This document shows positions 38,900-50,697 of a stretch of 64,000 nt of DNA, one piece after another; position 1 is the first letter of the stretch, and each line of letters opens with the position of its first letter. The notes below the pieces were generated by a model that was not told the origin of the DNA, ran no database searches, and saw only the letters and a program-made list of their open reading frames with translations. The DNA comes from Escherichia phage U1G. Where the stretch lies: sequence record NC_070872.1. The stretch is one strand, 5' to 3'. The position numbers and the translations under genes are program-made.

Positions 38900-40615
38900 T
38901 TACCGATTTTGTCTTGGTTGCATATACTCAGGCAAACCTTGTGCCTGACGTAGGTAACGTGCAGCACGTTCTTCATCTTCCTTGGCTCGTGCTCTGTCCA
39001 CACTAGCCTGTGACCGAAAACCTCTTGGAGCCAGGTTATCTGGGTCTGCTTGTACTTGGGCTTGTGCAGCTTGTAGCATTGCAGCAGCTTTAGTAACAGC
39101 CTCCTGACGAGCAGGTAACAATGCAGTAAGACCTGTTTGTCCAGTGTTAATCTTGTTCTGGGTATTTGTCAGTGCAGCTACAGCAGCATCATAAGCAGTC
39201 TGTGCTGCCTGAATATTCTGCATAGCTTGAGCACGTCCGAGATTACGTACACTGCCTTCCAGTGGTTCGCCTCGTTGTACACCCTCAATTAACTGATCTA
39301 CCAGACGGTCATTAAGACGCATACCATTACCAGCTTCATTAGTAATGAATGGGTTAACTGCATCAATAGCACGGCTAATGTACCCTTCTGGTACACCGGT
39401 CTGTGCACGTTGCATAACAGCAGCAGCCATAGCTGGTGACATATTTCCACGTTGAGAAATATCAGTTAGTCGGTTAAGTACCCAGTTACGGTCAGCACCC
39501 TTAAAGTCACCATCCAGTAGACGATTAGCAATCTCACCTACTGGAGTATTATCGGTAACAGTACCCAGGAAATCGGTATTAAGACTACCAGTGTTATCCT
39601 GCATAGAACGAGTACCAATCATACCTTGAGCCAAGGTAGATACTGCCCGATTTCCCTGATTATTCTGAATCAGAGCGAATGGGTCAGCACCTACTTCAGC
39701 TTGAGCAATAACAGGTTTAATCTGTTCCCAAGTCATATCCTTATAAGCACCTGGGGTAGAATTAGGTAAAGCAGCCCAGGTATCTTTAAGGTTACCATTC
39801 TTACGAGCCTCAAAAATAGCCTTACCAATCTTCTCCTGGTTTTCAGGGGAAAGAGGCTGATTCTTCCAATCTGAGCCAAGAACTTTGGGAGCAAAGTCTT
39901 GCAGAGTAGCCTGGTTAATCTGGAATGCACCAACAGGGGAAGCACCTTGATTTGTCTTCATGACATCCTGGTGTTTAATTACATCACCTATACTCATTTG
40001 AGTAATAGGGGTAGATGTACCAGCAAACTGATAAGTAACATCATAAGGAGAACCCTGACGAGTACCAGCAGTACCAGGAGCAGATGTAGCACCAACATTA
40101 TTGCCGTAAACACCAGGGTATGCACGAGCAAGCATTTCCTGTAAACGTGCCTGAGCAACTGGAGACAGATTCTTACTATATGCTTCTGCTAACAAACGAG
40201 CATCATTAGGGTTCTCAGCACCACGGGTAATTTGAGACATCACACCCATAGCTGCCTGACTATCAGCATCATTACGTTGAGCCACACCCAAATCAAAACG
40301 GTTCTGTGCTTGGTTAATAGCCTGACCACCCTGCCCTTGTAGACGACTTAACATATCCAGTTGTTGGTCAGCAGGTAGTGCAGATAACGCTTCTCGCGTC
40401 TGACCCAATGCAGCATTAATACGATTCTGGTCACCAGACTGATAAGCCTCGGACAATAAACGAATAGCTGGGGATGCATTATCTAATGCAGAGTCAGTAT
40501 TCTGTAAGCGACCAAAACGATAAGCATTATAGTCATTGGTTCCCTGCTGACCTTGTTGAGTCAGAAGAGTACCTGCTCGTTCATCCAGATTCTGGAGAGT
40601 ACGCTGACTTACCAA
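38900..40615 (-). CDS. virion-associated hypothetical protein (main part)
   Basis: 571-aa ORF with TTG start; upstream frame joins ORF 40609..40863 if one C is added at the C4 run 40627..40630. Confidence 0.5.
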   Translation of the reverse strand: MVSQRTLQNLDERAGTLLTQQGQQGTNDYNAYRFGRLQNTDSALDNASPAIRLLSEAYQSGDQNRINAALGQTREALSALPADQQLDMLSRLQGQGGQAINQAQNRFDLGVAQRNDADSQAAMGVMSQITRGAENPNDARLLAEAYSKNLSPVAQARLQEMLARAYPGVYGNNVGATSAPGTAGTRQGSPYDVTYQFAGTSTPITQMSIGDVIKHQDVMKTNQGASPVGAFQINQATLQDFAPKVLGSDWKNQPLSPENQEKIGKAIFEARKNGNLKDTWAALPNSTPGAYKDMTWEQIKPVIAQAEVGADPFALIQNNQGNRAVSTLAQGMIGTRSMQDNTGSLNTDFLGTVTDNTPVGEIANRLLDGDFKGADRNWVLNRLTDISQRGNMSPAMAAAVMQRAQTGVPEGYISRAIDAVNPFITNEAGNGMRLNDRLVDQLIEGVQRGEPLEGSVRNLGRAQAMQNIQAAQTAYDAAVAALTNTQNKINTGQTGLTALLPARQEAVTKAAAMLQAAQAQVQADPDNLAPRGFRSQASVDRARAKEDEERAARYLRQAQGLPEYMQPRQNR

Positions 40616-40863
40616 TGAAGGGTCAACCCCTGAAACAATGCACCAGATGCCAAAGCATTACGATACTCAGTAGGGTCTTGATACTGCATAGCATTCATCA
40701 TGACGGCATTGCCAGCCTCCTGCTTGGCAGCGTTCTGGAAATTACCCAGTGCATCACTTAAGCCGGAGGTGGCATTACCAATCATGTTGCCAAATGTGCG
40801 AATGCTGTCACCAACTCCGGAGAAGTTAGGTGCATAAACATTACGCCATGTAATTTGAGCCAT
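40609..40863 (-). CDS. N-terminal part of the same virion protein
   Basis: 84-aa ORF; junction reads ...ALASGALFQG/VDPSLVSQRTLQ after a one-base correction. Confidence 0.4.
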   Translation of the reverse strand: MAQITWRNVYAPNFSGVGDSIRTFGNMIGNATSGLSDALGNFQNAAKQEAGNAVMMNAMQYQDPTEYRNALASGALFQGLTLHW

Positions 40864-40875
40864 GATGGTTTCCTA

Positions 40876-41340
40876 TTAACGGGTTAATTTATTAGCTGCA
40901 ATATAAGCATCAGCTGAGGACTGGTCACGGTTCTCTGCTGTAGCACGACTACGAGCACGGTCTTCCAATGCAGTGTTATAGGATTTAATCTGATTATTCA
41001 GGTTAGTGTTAGTAACACTCTTAGTAAAGTTCAACTGGTCTTTGGCTAACTTATTAGCCTGGAAACCACTATAGATATTCGCTAATGAACCAAGTGCACC
41101 CAGTCCTAACTGGAAGGTAGGTACATTCAAGCCCAACTGATTAGCTGAACCAGACATGAAAGAAGCAGGTGTAGATGTACCCAAATTCGTACCCATACCA
41201 ATAGTTGCACCTGGGTTATAGTTCATAGCCGGGGTATTAAAGTTCTGATTGTTATTAGGCATCCAAGACATAGCAGCTGGCTGTGGAGTTGGGTTGCCTG
41301 TTAAGAATGACAAATCCATGGGGATTCTCCTGTTAAACAA
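40876..41340 (-). CDS. hypothetical virion protein
   Basis: 154-aa ORF in the late block. Confidence 0.4.
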   Translation of the reverse strand: MFNRRIPMDLSFLTGNPTPQPAAMSWMPNNNQNFNTPAMNYNPGATIGMGTNLGTSTPASFMSGSANQLGLNVPTFQLGLGALGSLANIYSGFQANKLAKDQLNFTKSVTNTNLNNQIKSYNTALEDRARSRATAENRDQSSADAYIAANKLTR

Positions 41341-43987
41341 GGTCAGTATTAAGAGTCATATCAGAGTAGTTGCCAACCATGTCTAAGGACAAGTCAGCTA
41401 TATCTGAACCAGTCATGAGAGTACGTGATAGGAAAGAATCCAACGACTCCATTGACACGAATTGCATAGGGTCAATTACACCCTGTCCAGCAGTACCAAA
41501 CATTTCTTCATACTGCTTATTGATTGCCATCATATCAGTATTGTACTGCTGCATTACTTTCTCTGCTTTCTGAATAGTAGCAGCCGTGGATGCATTAATA
41601 TACTGACTAATACCATTACCAACTGAACTGGTAAGCTGCATGATGTTTTGGGCATTCATCATTTCACTTGCCAGAGTGGACAAAGATGTACCGGTAGACA
41701 GGGCAGTACCAACATTCATAGCTACCATTGAAGCAATAGCTGCAATGATAAAGCCTAATTTATCACCGAACAGTGCGGTAGATACTTTAGTAACAATAGA
41801 TATCAGAACCATTGCAGCAATAGCGTTCGCTACAGCACCAACAATAATGGCAGCTAATCCAACAAAACCAAGTGATGCACCAACTGCACCATATGCCCCC
41901 AGTATACCTGCACCACCAGCACCAGCTGTAAATACAGAGACAACCACAGCAACCACTACAACAACAATCTTAAATGCTCCTGTCTGATACCACTTCTGCT
42001 TAACCTTCTTATATGAGTTCATCACTAAGTAGGAACAGGCAGTAGATAGCTGAGTACTTCGAACCAGCGACATGGAACGGTAGATATTAGTGTGCAGTGG
42101 GATAATGAATCCACTCTCCTCTGCGTCACCCATTGCTTCAGCAACATCAATGTTCACTGATTTATTTTTATATACCCTGTTATTGTGGTTTAAGCCTAGT
42201 ACCCTGAGTTTACGATAGGTGTCATTACCATCCTGCCAAAGTAACTCGTACTCCTGCATAGAATAAAATGTAGTAGTAACCTCAAGCTTCTTAGTTGAGC
42301 CAGAGTTACTAGCAGTACGTATGTTCTTACGAGTAAGAGTTATATCTCCTGCATATCTGGCTCGGAGTTGTCCCTGCTTAGCACCAGACCATGCTTGTCC
42401 TGAGTGGGTAGTTTCAGATACGTAATTCCAACCAATGGTCATGTCATACTTGTAATGCTTATTACTATGTACCCTAAATTCCCTCTTAGGTATTACAGGG
42501 TATTCTGGCAGTGGTGAAGGAGTTCCAATAGTATGCCCTTCAGTCCTGTTCCACCATTCTACGTAAGCATCAACTGCATCGTTTGCTGCCTGATAACCTG
42601 CAATTACTGCTTCCAAAGTCGGGTAAGTTGGGTCAGGTGGGAATGCTTCAGTAGCCATCTGAAAGAAACGGTAGATGTATTCTTTAGCAGTATCCTCTGG
42701 AGTATTAAGGGATACACCAAATGTGCCATAAATGTACTGAATATCACCTATGTCCTTATTCTTCTTAAGCTCTGTGACTACTTTATCAATTTTTCCACCA
42801 GTAGCTTTATAAAGAGCTTTCTTACAGTGGGGGTAGATTGGGTCATTCTCTACCCATTGTTTATCATTCCTAATTGGAATGAATGGGTAGAATCGGTTAT
42901 CGGTAGCTTCAGTTTCAAACAGTGAATCCAGTGCAACATTACCGGAGTTCTGTTTATAGATAAGCATTTTGGGTGTACCAACAGCAGTCATCTCAGTGTC
43001 AGTACGAGTAGTTTGGGATGAGTACTTACGAACCTGTGTCTCTGTGGTTGTAGTGATTGTATCTGTACGTGTAACACCACCACCTATATCAACTACATTA
43101 GTAGTTACAGAAGTACTGGATTGAACCTCACCAAACTTTTTATGAGTCATTACCCTGTCAGATACAACTACAGTCACATCATCAGGTTTCTCAGTGAATC
43201 CTCTACGGTAAACTTTAACGTAGGAGTTCCAGTTATCCACACTTGGTTCAGTAACAGTACTGTCCTCATCCGGTCTGCCATCAGAGTAAACAGAATGAGT
43301 ATGTATAGTCTTAGTAAGATTGGTTGTGTTAGCAGTCGTATCACTTGAGATTGTAGTCCATAACAAAGTGGAAGGTAGGTCATCCTCCTTATCATAAACA
43401 GTAGTCGGTCCTACTACTGGTGGATTAGTAGAAGGGGACTTATAGAATGTGTAATCAGCATAGAGATATAAAGCACCTGGTTCAAAGTTAGCAGGTGTGA
43501 ATTTAATAGTAGAACCTCCATCTAAAGAGGTCATAGTAATTTCATTAGTATCTTCATCAATGTCTATGTCGAATCGTTCCATGATTCGACTTGGAGCATT
43601 CTCATAAAGATACTGGTCACACCATTGCTCAAAGTCAGCAAAGCCTATCTCTGCTGCCTGAACATAGACTGATTCTCCAGCAGGTGGTGTAATTTGCCCT
43701 TCTATAACAGTAGGGTCAATCTTAGCCAGTACACCTAATGAAGAACCAGCCATACCAACTTCTGAATCATAGTGGTTCTTACTCCAGCTGGAGAACAGTC
43801 GCATACGAATACCCGGCCCATTCAGATAACTATCAGAGATAGTGTCTGCCATAGTGAATCCAGTATTGGAAACAATGTTACCAATGACAACAGTCTTCAT
43901 ATAGTTTGGGCGTTTATGTATATCCCCTGCCATGTTATAGACAGAGGATGCTACGTATACTTTGGTCTTCCCACTGAATAAACCCAT
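41333..43987 (-). CDS. large virion protein with hydrophobic segments (possible internal/ejection protein)
   Basis: 884 aa; long Ala/Gly/Val-rich TM-like stretches (VVVVVAVVVSVFTAGAGGAGILGAYGAV...). Confidence 0.45.
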   Translation of the reverse strand: MGLFSGKTKVYVASSVYNMAGDIHKRPNYMKTVVIGNIVSNTGFTMADTISDSYLNGPGIRMRLFSSWSKNHYDSEVGMAGSSLGVLAKIDPTVIEGQITPPAGESVYVQAAEIGFADFEQWCDQYLYENAPSRIMERFDIDIDEDTNEITMTSLDGGSTIKFTPANFEPGALYLYADYTFYKSPSTNPPVVGPTTVYDKEDDLPSTLLWTTISSDTTANTTNLTKTIHTHSVYSDGRPDEDSTVTEPSVDNWNSYVKVYRRGFTEKPDDVTVVVSDRVMTHKKFGEVQSSTSVTTNVVDIGGGVTRTDTITTTTETQVRKYSSQTTRTDTEMTAVGTPKMLIYKQNSGNVALDSLFETEATDNRFYPFIPIRNDKQWVENDPIYPHCKKALYKATGGKIDKVVTELKKNKDIGDIQYIYGTFGVSLNTPEDTAKEYIYRFFQMATEAFPPDPTYPTLEAVIAGYQAANDAVDAYVEWWNRTEGHTIGTPSPLPEYPVIPKREFRVHSNKHYKYDMTIGWNYVSETTHSGQAWSGAKQGQLRARYAGDITLTRKNIRTASNSGSTKKLEVTTTFYSMQEYELLWQDGNDTYRKLRVLGLNHNNRVYKNKSVNIDVAEAMGDAEESGFIIPLHTNIYRSMSLVRSTQLSTACSYLVMNSYKKVKQKWYQTGAFKIVVVVVAVVVSVFTAGAGGAGILGAYGAVGASLGFVGLAAIIVGAVANAIAAMVLISIVTKVSTALFGDKLGFIIAAIASMVAMNVGTALSTGTSLSTLASEMMNAQNIMQLTSSVGNGISQYINASTAATIQKAEKVMQQYNTDMMAINKQYEEMFGTAGQGVIDPMQFVSMESLDSFLSRTLMTGSDIADLSLDMVGNYSDMTLNTDLV

Positions 43988-43988
43988 A

Positions 43989-44831
43989 TTAGTTCAGCCC
44001 GTTGTTAGATTTCAGCTTGGTCAGAATGGTATCAATACTTGCATTGGTGAAACCATTCGGTGGATTCAAGCCTTCATCAATAGTCTTCTGAGTAATCCAT
44101 GCATCAGTAAACAGTTTAGATGCCTTAACTTCTGCATCACGTTGATAAGAAGTAATCTGTTGTGAGTACAACTCTTTCTGTTTACCAACAGAACCAGTAA
44201 CAGTAGCCCCGTCACTACGGGTATCCAGTGTCTGTGCACGTTGTGCTTCGGTCTGTTCAGTAAGCAATTTAAGCTGTTGAGGTAACATCTGGTCAGCATT
44301 AAACAGTGCAGCACAGTACGTTTCAGACTCAGTAGCAATCTTCATCTTAGTAAGAGCATACTCACTCTTGGCAGATAGTGCCTGAATCTTAGCCAGTACA
44401 AACTGTGCTTTAGACGTTGCCAGTTGAACACGAGCAGTAACTGCCTGAATCTGTGCCATAGCAGCAGCCCAGTATGCCTGGTCACGACCAAGTAAGAACT
44501 GAACAGCATTGCTCATGCAAGATTCCATCATAGCAATATATGCTTTGGTATATTCACCACCAGTAATACGGTTAGCCTTAAATTCAGCTTTAAGGTGATT
44601 GTGTGCAGATTCCATTAATGCATCAAACGTACCACTACCACCTACTTCACGGGTAGTGAGAGATTCATTGGATATTTTATCAATAGCACCAAAGATAGGG
44701 GAAGCATCCCCACCTGGGATATCCCATTCAGGACCGGTCATATCAACATCAGGAAGGGTAAAGTCATCACCCTTAGTTAACTCTTCAAGGAGTCGGTTAG
44801 CTTCTACCTCAGCAGAACAAGACATAATCAT
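43989..44831 (-). CDS. hypothetical virion protein
   Basis: 280-aa ORF with coiled-coil-like Ala/Gln-rich centre. Confidence 0.45.
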   Translation of the reverse strand: MIMSCSAEVEANRLLEELTKGDDFTLPDVDMTGPEWDIPGGDASPIFGAIDKISNESLTTREVGGSGTFDALMESAHNHLKAEFKANRITGGEYTKAYIAMMESCMSNAVQFLLGRDQAYWAAAMAQIQAVTARVQLATSKAQFVLAKIQALSAKSEYALTKMKIATESETYCAALFNADQMLPQQLKLLTEQTEAQRAQTLDTRSDGATVTGSVGKQKELYSQQITSYQRDAEVKASKLFTDAWITQKTIDEGLNPPNGFTNASIDTILTKLKSNNGLN

Positions 44832-44901
44832 TCCTCTTGGTTCAAAAAGAAACGGCCCACGGAGTTACCCCAGTGAGCCGTGTTGAACTGTAGCTTATAC
44901 G

Positions 44902-45540
44902 TTAATCGTTCAGGCTACCAGCAGCAATCTGTGCCTGAGCCAGTTGAGCTAATTCTGCTTCAGTCAACGGAGGCAGTACTTCAATGGAGAACTCTCGTGC
45001 TTCTGTTGCACGGATATCCGGTAAGCCATTCTTACCTTTACGAGTCGTAATATTGATGAACTTACGCTCTTTTAGGAACTCATAGATACAGTACGGAATG
45101 TGATAACCATTGTCGGTTACTTCACCGAATGGAACAAACTTACGTACAGTACCCATATATTCGTTAGCTACGGTGATAATCTCACCCGGCAGGTCTTTCT
45201 TCTTAGGGTCAAGGTTCTGGATACGTACACGAATCAATCGGGTCTGTTCTGCACGAATCTTCTGACCCAGGGTCATCTTCTTAACACCGGCTTCTTGATT
45301 AGCACCCAGCGGATTAACAGCAGCTTCTACTACTGGTTCATCTTTTACTTGTGCAGCTTCAATCTTCTCACGAAGCTTCTCAACGGAAATGTTGTTAGAG
45401 AACTTGATATTCATCAACGTTGCACGTTGCTTAAGAACTTCAAGTTCGCTAGGCATTGCAATATCGTTAACGGTATCTTCGTTGCCCTGTACGTTCACTT
45501 CTACGTCAGTGGTCGGTTTATCGTTAATGCTCATGTTCAT
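44902..45540 (-). CDS. hypothetical capsid-associated protein
   Basis: 212-aa ORF immediately downstream of the major capsid gene. Confidence 0.4.
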   Translation of the reverse strand: MNMSINDKPTTDVEVNVQGNEDTVNDIAMPSELEVLKQRATLMNIKFSNNISVEKLREKIEAAQVKDEPVVEAAVNPLGANQEAGVKKMTLGQKIRAEQTRLIRVRIQNLDPKKKDLPGEIITVANEYMGTVRKFVPFGEVTDNGYHIPYCIYEFLKERKFINITTRKGKNGLPDIRATEAREFSIEVLPPLTEAELAQLAQAQIAAGSLND

Positions 45541-45567
45541 ATTTCCTGTGGTTCATTTAGTTTTATT

Positions 45568-45598
45568 AAGAGGGGGACTAATGTCCCCCTTGTTTTAT
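45568..45598 (-). terminator. hairpin between major capsid gene and downstream gene (possible attenuator)
   Basis: 8-bp stem agggggac / gtccccct, loop taat; U-run is on the plus strand, so weak as a minus-strand terminator. Confidence 0.3.
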
Positions 45599-45607
45599 TT
45601 CGGACTA

Positions 45608-46810
45608 TTACAGAGGAGCAACAGTCTTAATCATAGCCAGACGTTCTGGGCGTTTAACCAGGATACCGTAGTACCACTTGATAGAACTGAAGCCAGTTTC
45701 ACCATACGGGTCATTACGGTCAGCAGTTTCTTTACCAGGCATCTTAGTCATGATGGTGAACTTAACAGACTTACCATCAGTCTGGAAGCCAATGGTAGAG
45801 AAGGAGTCATCACCAACTACCAGCATCGGGAATACATCATAGTGTTCCTGACCAGATACCATAGAAGTACGATAACCCGGGTTAGAAGAAACTTGAGCAC
45901 CAGCACCTGCCCAATGCAGCATCTCAGGAACCTGGATAATACGGAACTTATCAATGCAACCGATTTCACCATTCATCAGAGTACCGGCATCAGCATAGTG
46001 CTGAACTTCGATGAATGCTTTATTACCGAACAGGTCTTTCATCGCTTTCAGTTCTGGAACCAGTTCAGAACCAACGTACATTACACGAGTACCACCGAGT
46101 ACTTTGGTATCGGTAAGTTTAGAACCAGTGATGATAGTAGTCTGGGTCGGGGTACGGTTCTCAGTAAGAATCTGGTCAAGACGCATCAGGTTCTTATAAG
46201 AAACTACAGACGGGGTAGAACCTTCACCAGTGATGGTAGCATCAGAGGTAGCAGCACCTGCATACAGTACAGTACCAGCAGCAGCCAGCAGGTCTTTCTG
46301 GAGAACAGCTTCGGTCAACTGTACAGCACCGTTCATCAGTTCACGAGACAGGTGTTCTTTCAGTTGGTCATCAGAATCAAAGTCCAGAGACTCTTGGGTA
46401 AATTCGTAGAAGAAGCCGAACTTATGGATAGAACCTTCACGAGCCAGACGAGTGAAACCTACACGGTTAACACGACCACCATTCTCTGTCAGCAGAGGCA
46501 GTTTAGAAGTGATGTTACCGACGTCTTTGGAAGAACCGTACAGGTTACCGTTAACGATGGTAGCACCATTAGCATCAATACCCTGGTCGTTAATGTTCTT
46601 ATCATCGAGCAGAGGAACGTACTCATACACCTTAACAGTCTTACCGTAGTTCTTCGGCATGTTAACGGTGTTAGCCAGAGGCATAAAATACTGGTCTTTA
46701 CGGGACTGAATAATAGCCTTCTTCAGCCAGTAATAGGTATTCATCTGGTCGGAACCAGCACCATCAATGCTAGATTTCTGACCGTCAATTGGAGCGTTAT
46801 AGTTTAACAT
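45608..46810 (-). CDS. major capsid protein
   Basis: 400 aa, position between scaffold-like and portal genes; identity by size and synteny only. Confidence 0.55.
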   Translation of the reverse strand: MLNYNAPIDGQKSSIDGAGSDQMNTYYWLKKAIIQSRKDQYFMPLANTVNMPKNYGKTVKVYEYVPLLDDKNINDQGIDANGATIVNGNLYGSSKDVGNITSKLPLLTENGGRVNRVGFTRLAREGSIHKFGFFYEFTQESLDFDSDDQLKEHLSRELMNGAVQLTEAVLQKDLLAAAGTVLYAGAATSDATITGEGSTPSVVSYKNLMRLDQILTENRTPTQTTIITGSKLTDTKVLGGTRVMYVGSELVPELKAMKDLFGNKAFIEVQHYADAGTLMNGEIGCIDKFRIIQVPEMLHWAGAGAQVSSNPGYRTSMVSGQEHYDVFPMLVVGDDSFSTIGFQTDGKSVKFTIMTKMPGKETADRNDPYGETGFSSIKWYYGILVKRPERLAMIKTVAPL

Positions 46811-46826
46811 ATCATCTCATTCCTGT

Positions 46827-48047
46827 TTAAAGACTACCCGGTACTGGGAGTTTAGCGAAATCTTCGTCACTCATAGCGAGTGGGTTTACAATAGGCGTTG
46901 CTTTACGTGTAGCAGCCCGATTAAGGGAAGCTGCTTTAGCTTGCTCGTTGTTAGCCAGAGTCTGCTTAGGTTGTGCTACACGCACTACCGGCTGAACCGC
47001 TGGTTTAACTGCTTGTACTGGTTCAGGCTTAGCTACTTGGTTAAATGCTCCCTGTTGTGCAAGGAGATTGCCAACGTAGTTATAAGCCTGAATAAACGGA
47101 GTACCTACCGGAATCTGACCTAACATTTGAAGACGATTCACTTCGTTAGCAATGGTGTCATAAATACCATTCTCACGCTGTTCGTGAATCGTATGGAGTA
47201 AGCCACGATTCTGATAAAGAGCATCTTTACTGGCAGCATCCCATGTCGAGCCAATAACACCTAATGTAGCTTGTCCTTCTTGAGTAGACTTTAAGTCGTC
47301 AATTTCGGTTGCAAAATCTGCTTCGGTGTCGGTAACACGGTGATTGCCACCCTGGTAGTTAATTTCCTCATCTGGGTTAAAGTCCAGAGGGTCTGTACCA
47401 GAGTCTTTGAGCAACTTCTTAATGGCCTCAGGATTCTTCTTATCCAGGTCAATCAGGAAAGAAAGTTTGTCCTCATCCATTAAACCGTTGTTCTGTAACA
47501 TCAGCATTACCTTACGGTATGGCTGTAGTTCTTGCATTTTGCGAGTATAGTTAGCACCCATCTGCATTAGGCTAATGGCCTCCTCCGGTGAACGGGGAGT
47601 AATCATTTTGCCGTTAGCTTTAAAAGGAGCCATCAACTTCTCGTAACCTTCCTTATAGTTGAAGTCAGCAGGCAGACCTTCAGACTGTTTGCCTTCTTCT
47701 TTCTGTTCCTGGCCTGGTTCAGCAGTAGAAGGTTCAGCTTTAGTAATCGGCTTACCGTTACTATCAACTTCTGTGTCAACAACTTTATCATCAACTTTAT
47801 CAGAAGTTAAAGAATTTGCTTCATCTTCTTCAACTGGTTCGGTTTCAGGGGAGGTTTCTTCGGTTGGTAGGTCTTCAACAGCAGAGGTGTCAACTTCTTC
47901 ATCAGGAGTCTGTACGCCGTTGGTTTCAGGGTTGTTCTGAGTGGAAGTATCTTCCTCAGCGATAACTGCTGGGGCTTCCATATTCAGAATCTCATCATCC
48001 GACATTGCGAGAATGTCGGAAGCTGTGGTTGCAGCTTCCGTAGTCAT
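46827..48047 (-). CDS. putative scaffolding protein
   Basis: Highly acidic, low-complexity N-terminal third; located between portal and capsid genes. Confidence 0.4.
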   Translation of the reverse strand: MTTEAATTASDILAMSDDEILNMEAPAVIAEEDTSTQNNPETNGVQTPDEEVDTSAVEDLPTEETSPETEPVEEDEANSLTSDKVDDKVVDTEVDSNGKPITKAEPSTAEPGQEQKEEGKQSEGLPADFNYKEGYEKLMAPFKANGKMITPRSPEEAISLMQMGANYTRKMQELQPYRKVMLMLQNNGLMDEDKLSFLIDLDKKNPEAIKKLLKDSGTDPLDFNPDEEINYQGGNHRVTDTEADFATEIDDLKSTQEGQATLGVIGSTWDAASKDALYQNRGLLHTIHEQRENGIYDTIANEVNRLQMLGQIPVGTPFIQAYNYVGNLLAQQGAFNQVAKPEPVQAVKPAVQPVVRVAQPKQTLANNEQAKAASLNRAATRKATPIVNPLAMSDEDFAKLPVPGSL

Positions 48048-48066
48048 AGGAAATATCTCCGGTTAA

Positions 48067-48411
48067 TTATTCGTCTTCAGGTTCAGCACGAACTGCGTCG
48101 AGTTCTTCTTCTACCTGAAGAATAACGTCAGCTTCGTTTTCACCCATACGAATGGCGAGGTCGAGCCAACGACGTAAGTGACCAGCAGCTTGAGCCATGT
48201 TAAGTGCATCTGCACGGTTATTTGGTTCAAGCAGTGGGTCACCAGACTCCTGCACGTAACGTGCACAATCTTCTACACAGAACTGGCGAAGAATTACTTT
48301 ACGGAACAGTGGATTCTCCAGAAGTTTACGTACATCTTCTGCGTGTGCAACTGCACCTTTAGCAGCTTCCAGTCGATGTTCCAGTCCAGCGATTGTTGAT
48401 TCTTTACTCAT
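48067..48411 (-). CDS. hypothetical protein
   Basis: 114-aa ORF between portal and scaffold-like gene. Confidence 0.4.
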   Translation of the reverse strand: MSKESTIAGLEHRLEAAKGAVAHAEDVRKLLENPLFRKVILRQFCVEDCARYVQESGDPLLEPNNRADALNMAQAAGHLRRWLDLAIRMGENEADVILQVEEELDAVRAEPEDE

Positions 48412-48424
48412 GTGAAGGTCTGCC

Positions 48425-50695
48425 TTACAAGTTCATGCCAAGAGCCGATGCTGGGTCTTGGCTAGGGTCATAGAATTGGGAACTAAGTGAATAAGCTGGG
48501 TCTTGTTGTGCAGCTAAGTCACGTTCTGGTATAGAGTTCCCGTTAGTCAAAGCGTTATATCCAACAGCAGCAGATATGTTGGGGGTAGTTTCACCTTCTT
48601 TAGTAGGTGTTGTCAACGCCTTAGTTATCTGAAGGTTTTGGTTTCCTTGGGATTGTGCTTTTTGTTTTTCCATATCACGAGCATGTTTAGTACCAGATTC
48701 CTGTTCCAGATAATCCAGGTCTTTAAGGTCACCACTAGAAGCAGCTTCTTTAGCTTTAGCATTATTGAGTGCAATCTTACTTTGTAACTCTTCATTCTCA
48801 AGCTGTGCTTTCTGAATTGCCAATTGCTTAAGCTGTTCTTCCATAGGGTCTGGTTGTGGTTGCCAAGTACGTAACTCATGAGCAAGGTCTGGCATACGTT
48901 TAAGTTCTGCAATCTTAGCTACAAGAGATAACGTAATAGACTGGTCAACTGTGTTGCCTAGTGTTTGAACCATGAAGCCCAAATCCTGGGACTTCTGGTT
49001 ATCAATTTCAGCAGTGTTAATATCAACCTCAATATCGAAGTTACCTTTAAGGTCTTCACGGTTAATTTCTACATACTGTTCATTAGTAATACGTACCACT
49101 TCCTTCTCAGATAAAAACACAGCATTCATTGCACAAATTTTAGTACCAATGTCTGCCATACCCTTAGCTAATCGACGAAGGATTGCCATCTCACGTTTGG
49201 ATGCTGCATCTAGTACACCACGAATACCAGCAGCTACATCACCGTAAGCTTCCCCAGTTACACCACCTGAGAATGCTTTAACACCAGTTAGTGCTTCTGC
49301 TTCCTGGTTTTGCATCTGAGTCATTACTATTGCCGATTGAGGTAACTCAGGGAACTTATGTTCCATGATGGCCTGACTAGGATTACCCTGCATTGGGTTG
49401 TATTCATAGTCTTGCCCATCATCATATCGACGACGGTTCAGGGTATCTAACATCCCTTTAGGGTAACCACGTTGACCATTTGCACTTCGACCCAACAGGT
49501 CAATCATCCCACGCATGGTTGCACCAAGAATTGCCTGGTTATCCCCCAACAGTTCAGCATCAGCTTCACCGTAGAGTTCACGTTTACGGGGCATATAAGG
49601 AACAACTACCAATGGTAACTTGCCGTCAGGAAATGGGTTCTTCTCCATACGAATAAGAGTAGAACCAATCCAGGTAGCAACAATTGGTTCCAGTGAACCA
49701 TCATCGTTAATGTCGTAGAATCCCCAATACTCATAAGCAATTACTTTCTTGCGAAGTGCATCCTTAAACTGGAAGTCACCAGGAGTTTTACTTTCATGGT
49801 CTGGGTCAGTCATAGGACTGGAACTTTCCCAGTCAATCTTATCCAGGTTGTGATAACGGTCTTTGTTCTTCATGAGGTCTGCTTTACATGTCTCAAACGA
49901 AATGACTGCATACAAAGCCTTATCCAAATCACCATTACAGCTTGGATCAATAACTACGTTATTGGGGTTAAGCATTTCAACGGTAGGTCTGTTAACCAGT
50001 GCTTTCTCTACTTCTACTTCAGTAACCCCCGTCTGGATTGCGTAAGTAGCTTCCCCGGTTTCATTGAAGTAGTTAACAGCTTCTTTAATATCTTCCGGCA
50101 TCGTCTCGTCATACTCACGAGGATTCTCTGCCTGAAGCTGCAAAGCCTGTTGAAGAACATCTGCTTGTTCCTGGTTCTCAATTGGATACAACTGGAAAAC
50201 TGGAGTTTCTGTTTTAATCTTAACAGTCTTACGCTCCCAGCCAATACGAGCAATACCAGTACCATCATCTACGACACTATGTACGTAATCGTCTACCAGT
50301 TTTACTTTATTAAGCTGAGTACGGAATTGGTAGTTAAGAACTAATTCATTCTGACGTGCAGCTAATTCATCTTCAAAAGTAACAGGAGTTACTTTAAAGA
50401 GTTTATTAGACGAGAGGAATGGTTCAGACAATGGTGCATAACGCCACTCTGCCTGACGGCGAACCAGTCTAGGTTGAACTTGCGAACGTCCTTTAACTTT
50501 GGGTGGTTTAGCCTTACCCTTAACTTCCATCAAGTCATTCCACTCACGAATCTGAGCCATGATTGCATCGTGAGCAGGTTTAGCTGATTCCAAATCACCT
50601 TTCAGTAATTGGATACTTGGTTCTTTCTTCCAGTCCGTTAACTTCTCTGATTGAGCCGGGTCTGGTAAAGGCTTAAAAGTGTCTTGGTGTTCCAT
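48425..50695 (-). CDS. portal protein
   Basis: 756 aa, upstream of scaffold and capsid in the morphogenesis block; by size and synteny. Confidence 0.55.
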   Translation of the reverse strand: MEHQDTFKPLPDPAQSEKLTDWKKEPSIQLLKGDLESAKPAHDAIMAQIREWNDLMEVKGKAKPPKVKGRSQVQPRLVRRQAEWRYAPLSEPFLSSNKLFKVTPVTFEDELAARQNELVLNYQFRTQLNKVKLVDDYVHSVVDDGTGIARIGWERKTVKIKTETPVFQLYPIENQEQADVLQQALQLQAENPREYDETMPEDIKEAVNYFNETGEATYAIQTGVTEVEVEKALVNRPTVEMLNPNNVVIDPSCNGDLDKALYAVISFETCKADLMKNKDRYHNLDKIDWESSSPMTDPDHESKTPGDFQFKDALRKKVIAYEYWGFYDINDDGSLEPIVATWIGSTLIRMEKNPFPDGKLPLVVVPYMPRKRELYGEADAELLGDNQAILGATMRGMIDLLGRSANGQRGYPKGMLDTLNRRRYDDGQDYEYNPMQGNPSQAIMEHKFPELPQSAIVMTQMQNQEAEALTGVKAFSGGVTGEAYGDVAAGIRGVLDAASKREMAILRRLAKGMADIGTKICAMNAVFLSEKEVVRITNEQYVEINREDLKGNFDIEVDINTAEIDNQKSQDLGFMVQTLGNTVDQSITLSLVAKIAELKRMPDLAHELRTWQPQPDPMEEQLKQLAIQKAQLENEELQSKIALNNAKAKEAASSGDLKDLDYLEQESGTKHARDMEKQKAQSQGNQNLQITKALTTPTKEGETTPNISAAVGYNALTNGNSIPERDLAAQQDPAYSLSSQFYDPSQDPASALGMNL

Positions 50696-50697
50696 AG

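Noticed and set aside
45100-46807. Long plus-strand ORFs (176 and 472 aa) opposite the capsid region
   Set aside because: Antisense to the major capsid gene and its neighbour; translations are low-complexity and have no motifs; the minus-strand genes fit the late operon.
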